Shown piece by piece: positions 10,961 to 23,799 of a DNA stretch of 64,000 nt (the first letter of the stretch is position 1; each line of letters begins with the position of its first letter). Where the stretch lies: NCBI RefSeq assembly GCF_001194135.2, contig NC_068995.1, positions 5,721,693 through 5,785,692 of the forward strand. The letters run 5' to 3'. The notes under the pieces are model-generated. The model did not search any database, was not told where the DNA came from, and saw nothing but the letters and a program-made list of their open reading frames with translations. Made by a program: the position numbers and the translations under genes. This stretch comes from Octopus bimaculoides. Lineage: Eukaryota.

Positions 10961-12176
10961 AATCCTAGTGTGAATTTTAATAAGACGGTTTTTTTCTCTC
11001 TGTCAATTTATTTGTGATTAATGTTGTTTATCAAGACCTTTGTTAACCTTGATAAAAGACATTCCCGCTGTGACCACCTCGTACCATAGCAATATCCGAG
11101 ATTAGATTTTCTAAAGCATTATTATTTAAAAAGTTTGGGGGTGGGGTGATTCGAGAGAGAATTTTTACTTCTTGTCAGTTTATTATATAGAAGCCATTTC
11201 ATTGACTTCACGTCGTTCTAGGTTTAAATCTGTCCAGATATTTCTTTCTTTAATCCTAAGTACCAGTAATATACGAGGCTTATTTCAGTCACCCATACCC
11301 AATTCAAAAATTTTCTTATTGTACTAAACTTACACGATAATGTTTGGTTATTTAGTTACCTCTGTTCACAATCTAGATTCTTCTCCGGGTATTGTTTACT
11401 TTATTTCAATAAATTAACGTTAGGCAATCATTGCAGATCAATTAAAGTAACATGCAATTATCGTGACACATAGCGTAATTTATAAATCTTGCTAGCATTT
11501 CCGTACCGTCAATAATGACAAACTTTTATCTCTTTTAAATTTGTTAAATATGATAAAATACAGTTTTCCCATCCGTGTTCCACCATCCAAGGAAATAATT
11601 TTGCCTATAAGAACTCACCTGGTACTACTATGAACAACGACGATAAATGCAAATATAGCGTTAAATCCCTCATCTAAACACTGGTTTGCTAGAAACAACA
11701 GCCAAATCTGACTTAAATAAGACAATGAATTCTCAAAAAAAGACCGACACTAATTTTATGTCACAAAACTTGATTCTCACGGTTAGAATGTATTTAACCA
11801 TAGATCAATGTTACTAAAACAATAAACACAGCATAATATAAAACCACATGAAACTGAGAAATAGTCTACTGGTTTCAAATTAATATTCTGTATGGTAACT
11901 TAATCTCTGCCCACCACATCTTACAAGTACTTGCCTTCGTTATAGCAACCATATAGATTCATATCTTCTGGGAGGAACGCACGGTGGAATTATTATTATT
12001 ATTATTATTATTGATAATTGAAAATACATATCTACACAAGGTTATTAGAACATATTCACACTTACAAATTGATGTACGTACATATAGGAGTGTGAGTGTA
12101 CATATCTTTAGAAACACACGCATACGATCCAGCCAGTTGCTTGTGGGCACGTCGATGCTCACATCCCCATAAGTCC

Positions 12177-12250
<74 letters not shown>

Positions 12251-13658
12251 CATACATATATTAATATATACATATATACATATTTATATACATCCACATA
12301 TGAATACATGCCTATATATATATATGCATACATACATACACATAGAGGAAATACTTTTAATTAAAGTGTTATTTACTTCATCTATAGTATGTAATTGATT
12401 AGACGTAATCAGCTATGTATCAGTGACATTGATCAATACATAGCCTGACCCAAATCTTATTGTGTTTGCACTTTTCTTATTATTTCTATTTCCAATAGGT
12501 TGAATACAGTGTCAACTCGCTGTGTAGGTATATGCAAGTGTATCCATGTATGTATGTGCATGTATGTTCATGTATATGTGTGAGTACGTATATGTGCATG
12601 TATGTCTTGTAAGTGGGTGTGACTAGTCTCCAGTTATTTTTCTTTATTGGAAGTAGGTAAGCATGCGTCTTAAGATCCTCCTATATTCAAGCCATTCTCT
12701 CTTTCCCTCTCTCTATACACATTCTATATATGCCCACATTTTATGTGTGTGTCTGTGTGTGTGTGTGCATGGTGTTATGTTGCATGTAGAATTGAGAAAG
12801 TAGTGATTAATACAATCTAGTAAATATATATTGATTACTGTTAATGTTGTTTACGTCCATACTGATTCGCACCAAAGAGGTTTTCACTGGAAAGGAATTC
12901 AACAAATAGTCTTATGAAAATGGTAACAAAATTATTTCATTGTTAATGTTTACTGTCAGAAGAAGGTTTTTGCTCTAAACTACCTATTGGTCTCAAATGT
13001 TTACAGAATTACTTGAATAAGTTTTAATTTCTGTGTTATACTTTGTTCCTACATCGACAATGTGACAATATTTCTGGCCTTTTTCTTGACAGCTTGTGTT
13101 CTTTTAATTAGAATGTAATCTTTCTCTGCTATAGAAGTTAGCATTTTTGACATACAATTATCAATACATTGGTTGTTCAATTGCCATACACGTTTACAAC
13201 AAGGTAACATATATCACATCTCTTCAATCTACTTCTAATTCAATATGAATCTTTGTTCTACTTGTACGGTGATTTAGCATAGCAGCAAATAGATTTTACG
13301 CTATTTTCATATATATATATATATATATCAGACCACCGATTCCTTTCGAGCTGACACGAGTTTACGGTACCGTTAAGCAGAAGTAACAACGAAATATTGA
13401 TAGCCACCGTTCTCGTTCATATACAAGGCGATTCGTTTTGCCTGCTTCTTGAAATATGCAATGATATATTCTTTGATTGACATTCGACGTCTTTAAAGCA
13501 ACTTTCCCCTGGACAAAATTCCGCAGCTGATAAATCAAAACATATATTGTGTGACATCAATCCTGTTTATATTATTAGAGCTGCTTTTAATTGGCAATTT
13601 AACACACACACACACATGTGCGTGTTTCATACGAAGCAGAAGAGGAGTTAGAGGAAAT

Positions 13659-13696
<38 letters not shown>

Positions 13697-13871
13697 TGAG
13701 GCATACATGGCTGTTTCATATCTTGAAGTAGCCGAAGTATTCGAGGTTCAGTTTGTCTCAACCTAATCAATTCGTTGATGGCCAAGAGTCATAGATTATG
13801 TGGTCGTGTCGAGTAACTGATTGGATATCATATTGTAAGATTAAATTCTAGAAGCAAGGTTAAAATATCGC

Positions 13872-13937
<66 letters not shown>

Positions 13938-14359
13938 AATATAAAATTGACAAAGGTTTACGTAGATGGCGTTACTGAATTCAGATCCAAACGGAGGACG
14001 ATATATATTAAAACTAGTGTAGTCACATGTCTAAATCTTCTAAAATCAAGAAGGATAATGTAGGTTTTAGAACACAAAAGAGGCGGGCTGGTTACTGACA
14101 GAAGCCCTTGGATCATAGAGCGTTTCGTTTAGTGGCAACCTGAGGCAAAATAACTCCAACCACCATTTTCAGTATAGAATAAAGAAAGCTGTAATCTTCT
14201 TCGAAATGATTGGCTCAAGTACATTTCATACAAGGTAAAAAAGAACGAAAGAAAATAGCCTTAGAGAAAATTAGATAATCAGTTTTGATTCCCACGAAGT
14301 CAGTTAATTTGCTTATAAATTTTATCTAAGTTGAAAATTGCCATTATCAATCATGGATT

Positions 14360-14572
14360 GAGGGCGGCGAGCAGACAGAATAGTTAGCACTTCAGACAAA
14401 ATTCTTCGCGGTATTCCGCTTATTTTTACTTTCTGAATTCAAAATCCGCCGAGGTCGACTTTGCTTTGCATAAAGTCGGGTCGATAAAATAAGTAGCAGC
14501 TGAGCACTGTGGTCCATGTAACCGACTTTATTACTCACCGCAAATTCTAGGCCTTGTGCCTTTAGTAGAAAC
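14360..14572 (+). mobile_element. SINE-B, full length
   Basis: agggcggcgagcagacagaatagttagcac...gaattcaaaatccgccgaggtcgactttgc...ggccttgtgcctttagtagaa. Confidence 0.88.
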
Positions 14573-15011
14573 GATGCATTTAGATTTGTGTTTTCATATT
14601 AATTATTTTGAAAACATTTCAGCTGTTGTATCCCCCAAGCTCCACATGCCTGCCATATTTGTTAATGCTTTTGAATATTGCAGACGAACCCTTACATAAT
14701 CCATGATTTTATGGTGTGCCCGAACCGATGTATAAGCCATGGATACTCAACATGTGACCCCACTTGCTTGAACCAGAATATAAAGGCAGTTCCATAGAAC
14801 AAATGGTTAGAGGAACAAGTAAAATAGAAATCCGCTGGGATACAGAAATACCAGTGTTGGCCGAGGAACTGCAATGGGTACAATGAGGTTAACAAATGCA
14901 AGATTTAGTACTAAAAGTCAAAACAAGATCACTAAAAACCACTCACGGTTAAAACAATTGCAAGATTCAGCGGAGATGATGGGTTTTCATAACCTTCTAA
15001 ATTAGCCCGAC

Positions 15012-15061
<50 letters not shown>

Positions 15062-15579
15062 AGAGAGATGTACATAAATACATATATAGACGATTACATA
15101 CATACAAAAAACCTCACACGCAACACATCTCACACAAAAAATATACACAAATATATATACCTATTATGTTCGTGTCTGAGAGCAGAACAAAAAGACGAAA
15201 GATTGAGGCGCAGAAAGGAGTTATAACATCGTTATTGAAAGAGATATGGTTTCTGGTCAGCATTTTCCAACGAATATGATGAGGCACCTTACCTTCTTCG
15301 ACACCAAATACTAATAATAAGGTTCTACCAATTGTTTTCTTTAGAATGCTGTCTTTCCAGTTGCATGATAAATAATGAAGCTATTCGGTTTTAATGCTGA
15401 CTTCAGACGTCGTCTTCGTGAAGAATACGGTCATTAAAACTGTCTTCGTTCGAAAGTAATTTTACTCTGAGCATTTAGCAGACGATACAAGTTATCGTCT
15501 GCTAAAAAAAACTGGTGAAAAGAGGCATGCGTCGGTTGTATCCGGATGTTACCGGTTTAGACGTTGTTTGTGTAATAAC

Positions 15580-15940
15580 TGTGTGTGTGTGAGAGGGAGT
15601 GGGAGGGAGTGAGAGGGAGTGAGAGTAGGAGAGTGGTGTGTAACGGAGAGAGGGGGAGGGGGAGAGAAAAATATTGCAAGAAAGTGTGGCAAACAGGAAA
15701 ATAGAGCGATAGAGAGAGTGATGTGACAGAGAGAGGGAGGGATGAATCGGAGTAAGGGGAGACAGGAGTGAAAGAGTGATATGAAATAGAGAGAAAGAAG
15801 GGGAATTGAATAAGAGTTGAGTTGCAAAGGGCAAAATAGAAAAGAATATGAAAGAGAAAGAGAGGAAGACGAGAGAAATAGAGAGGCGAGAGAAACAGAA
15901 GACGACGACAGAATAAGGGAGGCGAGAGAAAGACCAATAG
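15580..15940. repeat. GA-rich polypurine low-complexity tract with a canonical G4 motif at 15595-15617
   Basis: About 360 bp, strongly purine-rich on the + strand; GGGagtGGGaGGGagtgagaGGG. Confidence 0.85.
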
Positions 15941-16022
15941 CTTGACTTAATCATTAAAGTGTGTATGTGCTTAAGTCTATAATAATTTTATATATATATA
16001 TATATATATTTAAATTTAGGGT

Positions 16023-16170
16023 TCAGCAAGTATTGCTTCACCACACCCCGACAATTAGAAATAACAGTCAAAACCACTATTTCTCTACTAAAATACGACT
16101 TTTAGTAGAGAAATAGTGGTTTTAGCTGCTATTTCTAATTGTCGGTGTGTGGTAAAACAATGCTTGCTGA
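16023..16170. repeat. Fold-back: 71-bp arms (64/71 identity), 6-nt loop; related to the 6440 repeat
   Basis: Arms 16023-16093 and 16100-16170, loop tacgac, inner 24 bp perfect. The arm tcagcaagtattgcttcaccacaccccgacaattagaaataacag resembles 6458-6505. Confidence 0.92.
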
Positions 16171-16479
16171 NNNNNNNNNNNNNNNNNNNNNNNNNNNNNN
16201 NNNNNNNNNNNNNNNNNNNNNNNNNNNNNNNNNNNNNNNNNNNNNNNNNNNNNNNNNNNNNNNNNNNNNNNNNNNNNNNNNNNNNNNNNNNNNNNNNNNN
16301 NNNNNNNNNNNNNNNNNNNNNNNNNNNNNNNNNNNNNNNNNNNNNNNNNNNNNNNNNNNNNNNNNNNNNNNNNNNNNNNNNNNNNNNNNNNNNNNNNNNN
16401 NNNNNNNNNNNNNNNNNNNNNNNNNNNNNNNNNNNNNNNNNNNNNNNNNNNNNNNNNNNNNNNNNNNNNNNNNNNNNNN

Positions 16480-16522
<43 letters not shown>

Positions 16523-17230
16523 TTAATTAATAGTCGATGAATTTCATATTAGACAACATGTTTCGGCTCATCACTCTGGGTCCTTTCAGGTTAAGTTCCG
16601 GAAGTAGATCCAACGGAAGTGTACCACAGCTGCGATGACAGCAGGTAGCCTAAACTGTGCCGGTGCTCCCCCACCCAACATTGAAACATACTAATCGACT
16701 TATACTTATTTACTCAAATATATATATATATATAACACAGACACATTCAATAGTGTGAAAGAGATATACACAGAAAGCGATTTGTGCGTGAGGTGGTGGG
16801 CTCTCGCGCGTGTGCGGTCTAAAAATGAGAAAATTAGTGCAGGTCAATTTCATTGGCGTTCATTTGAATTTTTTCTTTTATTATTCTGGAAGAACATCAA
16901 ATAATTTAATTCTGATAGTTTTAATTAGTTGCAAAAAAAAAAGACAGGTGTATCACGTCTTGAATTATATATACGTGGGTCTGTACTGGTTTCTATGTGT
17001 GTCATTCACCGCTCGCAAGCTTGTGCATTTGTATACTGTTAACGATCTCTTTCATCTGTCTGCGTCGTCTCAATATCTGTATCGTGTCTTCCGATTCTAT
17101 TTTTGATTGTCTACCTACCTGCCTGCCTGTCTGTCTGTCTGTCAACAGACAGATGGGCAGGTAGATAGACATAGAAATAGGAAAATACATTGAAAGGCAT
17201 AGCTGTGGGATAAGATATTTACTTCCCAAT

Positions 17231-17460
17231 TACATGGCTCCCAGTTGTATCCCACTTCATGGCACTTTGCTGAAGAATCTTCGACTATAGCCATGTGAGT
17301 GGATCTGGTAATGAGAACTGACAGAAGCTACTGGAAACTGAAAGAAGCCCATCATATGTGTATGCGTGCGTTCGGCAATCAATTCAGCGAAAAAGTACAA
17401 TAGAATAACAAACAAAAGTTATTTTCTGCAATTAAAAATTGAAGGCGGTGCCCCAGTAAT
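17231..17460 (+). mobile_element. SINE-A, degenerate and internally deleted
   Basis: acatggctcc...cccacttcatggcac...ggaaactgaaagaagcccatc...ttgaaggcggtgccccag. Confidence 0.7.
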
Positions 17461-17663
17461 GATTGCTTTCTAAAAGTAGACAAAATATATACTAATTTTC
17501 TATTCGGGTCCATAATTTGTAGTATGCTGTTTAAATCCCATTCGCAGTATTTGGTTACCTGATGTCATTAACATTATAAACTTATAGGTCAATGGATTTA
17601 CTACGGGAATTTCTTTATGTTCATAAAATATATATAAATATGGGAGTCAGTTTTCTTTCTCTC

Positions 17664-17700
<37 letters not shown>

Positions 17701-18109
17701 TTACTAGTATTTACAGAGCGACTCAGAGTCAGAGAGTTTCGAGCGTTGGCAATTATCGCAAAACTGTTGGAGTGAGTCACTCTGTTACTTCTGCTAAATG
17801 TTGATAAAAATATACATATATTCATATCTTGAGTTGTATTTTCCTGTTCGCACCAACAGACACACACACACACACACACATATTATGTGTGTGGGTATAT
17901 GTGTGTGGGTATATGTGTGTGGGTATATGTGTGGGTGTATATAAAAATAATATATCAACATAACTGCGCATGCACATGTATGCATGTGTGTGTGTGTGTG
18001 TGAGTATTACAGACACGCATATATATATCGCTCAAGGTTTATTTACAAGAAATTAAATTTTGGGTAGAAGTGGGGCAAATGATACATTACAATACGATAC
18101 TGTTAAGCT

Positions 18110-18172
<63 letters not shown>

Positions 18173-18757
18173 AGTTAGAGCCACTACGTGACGTCTGACA
18201 TGGTCATGGCAGAAGTGCGCTTTTATGTGTGATAATATATTTATGGATCAAAGTTAATAAACCCGATTACATATCGTTACCCCATAATTTTGCTCTATTA
18301 ACTTGGTTTANNNNNNNNNNNNNNNNNNNNNNNNNNNNNNNNNNNNNNNNNNNNNNNNNNNNNNNNNNNNNNNNNNNNNNNNNNNNNNNNNNNNNNNNNN
18401 NNNNNNNNNNNNNNNNNNNNNNNNNNNNNNNNNNNNNNNNNNNNNNNNNNNNNNNNNNNNNNNNNNNNNNNNNNNNNNNNNNNNNNNNNNNNNNNNNNNN
18501 NNNNNNNNNNNNNNNNNNNNNNNNNNNNNNNNNNNNNNNNNNNNNNNNNNNNNNNNNNNNNNNNNNNNNNNNNNNNNNNNNNNNNNNNNNNNNNNNNNNN
18601 NNNNNNNNNNNNNNNNNNNNNNNNNNNNNNNNNNNNNNNNNNNNNNNNNNNNNNNNNNNNNNNNNNNNNNNNNNNNNNNNNNNNNNNNNNNNNNNNNNNN
18701 NNNNNNNNNNNNNNNNNNNNNNNNNNNNNNNNNNNNNNNNNNNNNNNNNNNNNNNNN

Positions 18758-18794
<37 letters not shown>

Positions 18795-19001
18795 CTGTGT
18801 GTGCATATATATGTATATATATACTTGTATATAGTTCTCTGAATGTGTTTGCGAGCATACGGTGGTGTCCCAGCATGAACACAGCTTTAAAGCTGAAACA
18901 CTTTAAAGACATATATACACTATATTAATATATATACACGACTATATATATATATATATATATATGGAATCATGTATATGTATAAGCATATAGGATATAT
19001 G

Positions 19002-19580
19002 TATCAATAAGTATCCGGACTGTAGTAACGAAGCTAAAGCACCCAGAGTAAAGTCGCTTGGCACAGATTGATATTGAACTCTGCTGTGTTTGTGCACTAA
19101 GTTTTAATATACTTTCTCACTTCCGCTGTTTACAGCAGTGCTTGGAAGGAAGGTGTGTAGCGTATGATCGTTGCATTGCCAGCGTCCGAATCATATGCAG
19201 TTTTCATCGTTCTCTACACAATCAAGGAGATTTTTGCGCAACTGAAACCCGAGTATCTTTTTGGTCAGCTGAAAGCAGTTTTGGCACTTACTTGGCAGAC
19301 AGGCGTCTCATACCGAAATCTTCAGTGATAATGGACTGAACTGAACCGTAACTAATCTGCACATCCTCTGATAACTCATGGATGGTGATTCGATTATTTC
19401 CACTCATATCCGACGCACATCTGCGACGTTTTTCTCAGCTCTGCTGGTTGTGGGTCTCCCAGAACAGTCGTCAGTATCAACATTTTCGGCCATCTTAGAA
19501 ACGTCATAACCAGTTACGTACTTGTGTGCGGTTCGCACACTACTCTCCATACAAAGTCTCTAAGAAGGTATCACCATGGC
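19002..19580 (-). mobile_element. Mariner-type transposon relic with one TIR
   Basis: Minus strand with frameshifts: YGE*CANRTQVRNWL*RF*DG, VDTDDCSGRPTTSRAEKNVADVR, NRITIHELSEDVQISYGSVQSIITEDFGMRRLSAK*VPKLLSADQK (mariner HTH region and linker). TIR-like tatcaataagtatccggact at 19002-19021. Confidence 0.88.
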
Positions 19581-19643
19581 AACTATATCATGGTCAATAC
19601 AACAATCACACGCTACACATTCCTGCTTATTTATCAGACTTCG

Positions 19644-19686
<43 letters not shown>

Positions 19687-19721
19687 ATGCGCGCGCGTTT
19701 TGTATTTGCTCGAATATAGCT

Positions 19722-19882
19722 TACGTCACTGTCGGTTACGACGACGTGTGTTCCAGATGGTACAACCAACCGAACAGCTTCCTTATGAGATTAAAGTGCA
19801 AGTCGCTGAGCATTTCACGGACATGGATTCTTTTAATATAGTTATCAGCGCAGCACAGGATGTGATTAAGCTCGCCCTTTGA
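19722..19882 (-). mobile_element. SINE-D 3' part, running into a gap
   Basis: Reverse complement matches 25960-26090 and 60160-60290 (gctcagc...ctggaa...cgtcgtcgtaaccgac). Confidence 0.8.
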
Positions 19883-20957
19883 TNNNNNNNNNNNNNNNNN
19901 NNNNNNNNNNNNNNNNNNNNNNNNNNNNNNNNNNNNNNNNNNNNNNNNNNNNNNNNNNNNNNNNNNNNNNNNNNNNNNNNNNNNNNNNNNNNNNNNNNNN
20001 NNNNNNNNNNNNNNNNNNNNNNNNNNNNNNNNNNNNNNNNNNNNNNNNNNNNNNNNNNNNNNNNNNNNNNNNNNNNNNNNNNNNNNNNNNNNNNNNNNNN
20101 NNNNNNNNNNNNNNNNNNNNATATATATATATATATATACACACACACCTAAACACACACACACATACAAAAATATATATAAATACGTACACAAACCTAG
20201 ATAGATAGATGCATCGCCTACAACTGCCAGATTTATTTTATCCTTTTGAAGTTTTCTGATGCAGTTATACAACAGGGGACATTGTCCAATGAATGACATA
20301 TACATTCTTATCACCAGGAACAATCAGCGAAACCACACACTGAAACAAACGCACACGGTCTGTTTCGGAGAGTCCTGGTTCATCGATCTGTTATCAATTC
20401 CTGAAACAGCAATGGCTTGATGTCTACTTCTTTGTTTGTTGAAGCATCGGAATCACTGGGCAGAATTCCAAAATAACAGATCACAGGATTATATTTATCT
20501 TATGAGATCACAATTAGAGACTTCAATCACTTTTCTATCGTTCGTTCTATATAATTATATTTCGTTTTAAAGATAAATAAGTGCAAGTTATATAAGCTAA
20601 TAATAAAAGATTAATAGTTAGTAATTTTAACTGGTATTTCAATATTTCAGGCAAAGGACACCTTATTCAGGAAATATTCGGAGATAAGGCATTCTTAGTT
20701 GATTTTCTAAAGAAGAGTTCCTTAACCTGAAATATCAGGTAAAATACGATGCATCGACCTATATAATTGTTCCGCCTTTAAAATGATAATCAAAAACATT
20801 TATATATACCACAAAATGCATACAGACTACACACAAAAACATACATGCAAACACACATAACGTTACTCATTGGGCATAATGCTTTGTCGTCTTACTGCCA
20901 ATATTTCACCTCAATCTTTCCTTCAGCGTCACAAAACATTAAACTATCATTATACAA

Positions 20958-21005
<48 letters not shown>

Positions 21006-21024
21006 GCTACCGCTGCTGCTGCTG
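20958..21024. repeat. (CTA)n-(CTG)n trinucleotide repeat (similar (CTA)n tracts near 36105-36137 and 41826-41886)
   Basis: Direct read. Confidence 0.95.
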
Positions 21025-21569
21025 CGCAACCTTATTTTGCTGATAATTTCCCATCTTACATGCCATATATTCAGTTTTGAAACACCGACATATTTCTAGA
21101 AATCAATATATTTAATATTTACATATTAAATTGCTTACTAAATTCAATATGCCAACGACTTAAAATAGATGGCGAACCAAATACACAGTTGCGTGTGTGC
21201 GCGTATATGTGTGCATGCATATATNNNNNNNNNNNNNNNNNNNNNNNNNNNNNNNNNNNNNNNNNNNNNNNNNNNNNNNNNNNNNNNNNNNNNNNNNNNN
21301 NNNNNNNNNNNNNNNNNNNNNNNNNNNNNNNNNNNNNNNNNNNNNNNNNNNNNNNNNNNNNNNNNNNNNNNNNNNNNNNNNNNNNNNNNNNNNNNNNNNN
21401 NNNNNNNNNNNNNNNNNNNNNNNNNNNNNNNNNNNNNNNNNNNNNNNNNNNNNNNNNNNNNNNNNNNNNNNNNNNNNNNNNNNNNNNNNNNNNNNNNNAA
21501 TCCTTCTCATACGCTCAAACTGTATGTATGCGAGTGTGCATACGCACACACGCAAACGCACGCACGCAG

Positions 21570-21605
<36 letters not shown>

Positions 21606-21980
21606 CAAACAAACGCACATACAGGGCAAGGAACCAAAAACGAAAAAGTCATGCATATGTTTACATAAATCGGTTAATATGAGTGAGAGGTTAATATGAG
21701 TGTGTGTGTGTGTGTGCGTGCGCGTGCGTGTCTAAATATACGTTCGTTGTACGCGTGTTTACATATGTATATGATAGTATGTATGCGCAGGTATACATAT
21801 GTAGATGTTTGTGTGCGTGTGTATGCGTGGGTATAAGTATTCAGAGATATAAACGTATACTATGATGGAGATGTATATATTAATGTGATCATATCCATAA
21901 TTGTTTGCCTAAATATAGTTATGTGCACACACATAAATATAGATATGTAGGTATACACACACACACACATAAATATATAT

Positions 21981-22113
21981 ATATATATCACTGCAAACAT
22001 TACGACGTACATTATATATATATATATATATATATCACTGCAAACATTACGACGTACATTATATATATATATATATATATATCACTGCAAACATTACGAC
22101 GTACATTATATAT
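21981..22113. repeat. 47-bp-period minisatellite: 25-bp core plus (TA)n, at least 3 copies, running into a 787-nt gap
   Basis: cactgcaaacattacgacgtacatt at 21989, 22036 and 22083. Confidence 0.95.
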
Positions 22114-22900
22114 NNNNNNNNNNNNNNNNNNNNNNNNNNNNNNNNNNNNNNNNNNNNNNNNNNNNNNNNNNNNNNNNNNNNNNNNNNNNNNNNNNNNNNN
22201 NNNNNNNNNNNNNNNNNNNNNNNNNNNNNNNNNNNNNNNNNNNNNNNNNNNNNNNNNNNNNNNNNNNNNNNNNNNNNNNNNNNNNNNNNNNNNNNNNNNN
22301 NNNNNNNNNNNNNNNNNNNNNNNNNNNNNNNNNNNNNNNNNNNNNNNNNNNNNNNNNNNNNNNNNNNNNNNNNNNNNNNNNNNNNNNNNNNNNNNNNNNN
22401 NNNNNNNNNNNNNNNNNNNNNNNNNNNNNNNNNNNNNNNNNNNNNNNNNNNNNNNNNNNNNNNNNNNNNNNNNNNNNNNNNNNNNNNNNNNNNNNNNNNN
22501 NNNNNNNNNNNNNNNNNNNNNNNNNNNNNNNNNNNNNNNNNNNNNNNNNNNNNNNNNNNNNNNNNNNNNNNNNNNNNNNNNNNNNNNNNNNNNNNNNNNN
22601 NNNNNNNNNNNNNNNNNNNNNNNNNNNNNNNNNNNNNNNNNNNNNNNNNNNNNNNNNNNNNNNNNNNNNNNNNNNNNNNNNNNNNNNNNNNNNNNNNNNN
22701 NNNNNNNNNNNNNNNNNNNNNNNNNNNNNNNNNNNNNNNNNNNNNNNNNNNNNNNNNNNNNNNNNNNNNNNNNNNNNNNNNNNNNNNNNNNNNNNNNNNN
22801 NNNNNNNNNNNNNNNNNNNNNNNNNNNNNNNNNNNNNNNNNNNNNNNNNNNNNNNNNNNNNNNNNNNNNNNNNNNNNNNNNNNNNNNNNNNNNNNNNNNN
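22114..22900. other. Largest assembly gap (one of about 19 N-runs)
   Basis: Run of N. Others include 16171, 18311, 19884, 21225, 30669, 43052, 50176, 51870, 52830 and 61977. Confidence 0.99.
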
Positions 22901-23161
22901 TATATATATATATATATATATATATGTGCATATGCATACATGTGTGTCTACATTCATGTCTGTTTGCTAGTGTGTTGTGCTAAGCTAATTACAAACGTTG
23001 AATATTTTCGGCAAAATTGGAACCCTGTGGAGAAACCAATGAGACTACCTCGCACATTACACACGCACTAATTATCACGTGCAGATATAATTATACACAC
23101 ATACAATCAATGGTATGCATATAGACACATCAACGCCATGTGCGCCCCTCTCTATGTGTTT

Positions 23162-23195
<34 letters not shown>

Positions 23196-23799
23196 GCGTT
23201 TTTATACATATATATGTTTCTGTATGTCTAATAATTGCATCACTAACTGCATATTATGCGAGCATTTCCTGTCATTAAATAATATTTGTTGAAAACTGTA
23301 ATTAAAATGAACAGTGATTTGTTAAAACGGCACCAGGCATTAATACACATAGAAAATTAATACAACATGAAGCTGTGAAATTCATGGCTTCCTCATTGGA
23401 ACATTATGATGTCAGTCATGCTGGGAGTAATTTGCCGTTTCTCTGTTTCCGCCTTAAGATGTTCCTATTTATCTACAGTGTTAGGAATAATTCATTCAGG
23501 ATTTAGGACAAATGAGGTCATGTACTAGTTAAGTTATGAGGCCCCTTTGGGGGTTCTTACATATGAGGACCCTTACTTGGTCCTTTTAAAAAATGACATG
23601 TAAAAGCACTCATTATTTATTTCACTGTTATAACTTTTAGGAAAAGAACGTTTGACATTTGAAAAATTCTTCGTATAAAATTTTTGGGGCACGAAGTTGC
23701 CCCACCTCCTGTACCTAAGTATACCTAAGGACAATGGTAAATCCGGCACCGAGCACGAGGCTTTATTTTTTTATTTATTCATTTTGTTTGGATTGGTGA

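Noticed and set aside
14680-14860. Cys-containing frame and IRWDTEIP, faintly like the R4/Dong RLE region
   Set aside because: Similarity is too weak and needs several frameshifts.
15502-15954. Three overlapping Leu/Ser/Phe-rich minus-strand ORFs
   Set aside because: They are antisense of the polypurine tract, where stop codons are compositionally absent.
20355-20392. Minus-strand ucgauga...ggacucucc-gaaacagacc hammerhead-like string (another at about 31318-31368)
   Set aside because: The core, cleavage triplet or helix I is missing, with too many deviations.
21981-22113. CRISPR-like repeat-spacer appearance
   Set aside because: The spacers are identical (TA)n, there are no cas genes, and the context is eukaryotic.
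16116-23071. Long ORF-track entries (100-388 aa) here and at 25-31, 43, 50-54 and 61-62 kb
   Set aside because: They consist of X from N-gaps plus YI, HT or CV dipeptide runs from microsatellites; they are not genes.
23686-23703. GC-rich hairpin ggggca-cgaagt-tgcccc resembling a Helitron 3' end
   Set aside because: It is not followed by a CTRR/T terminus, and no 5' TC end was identified.
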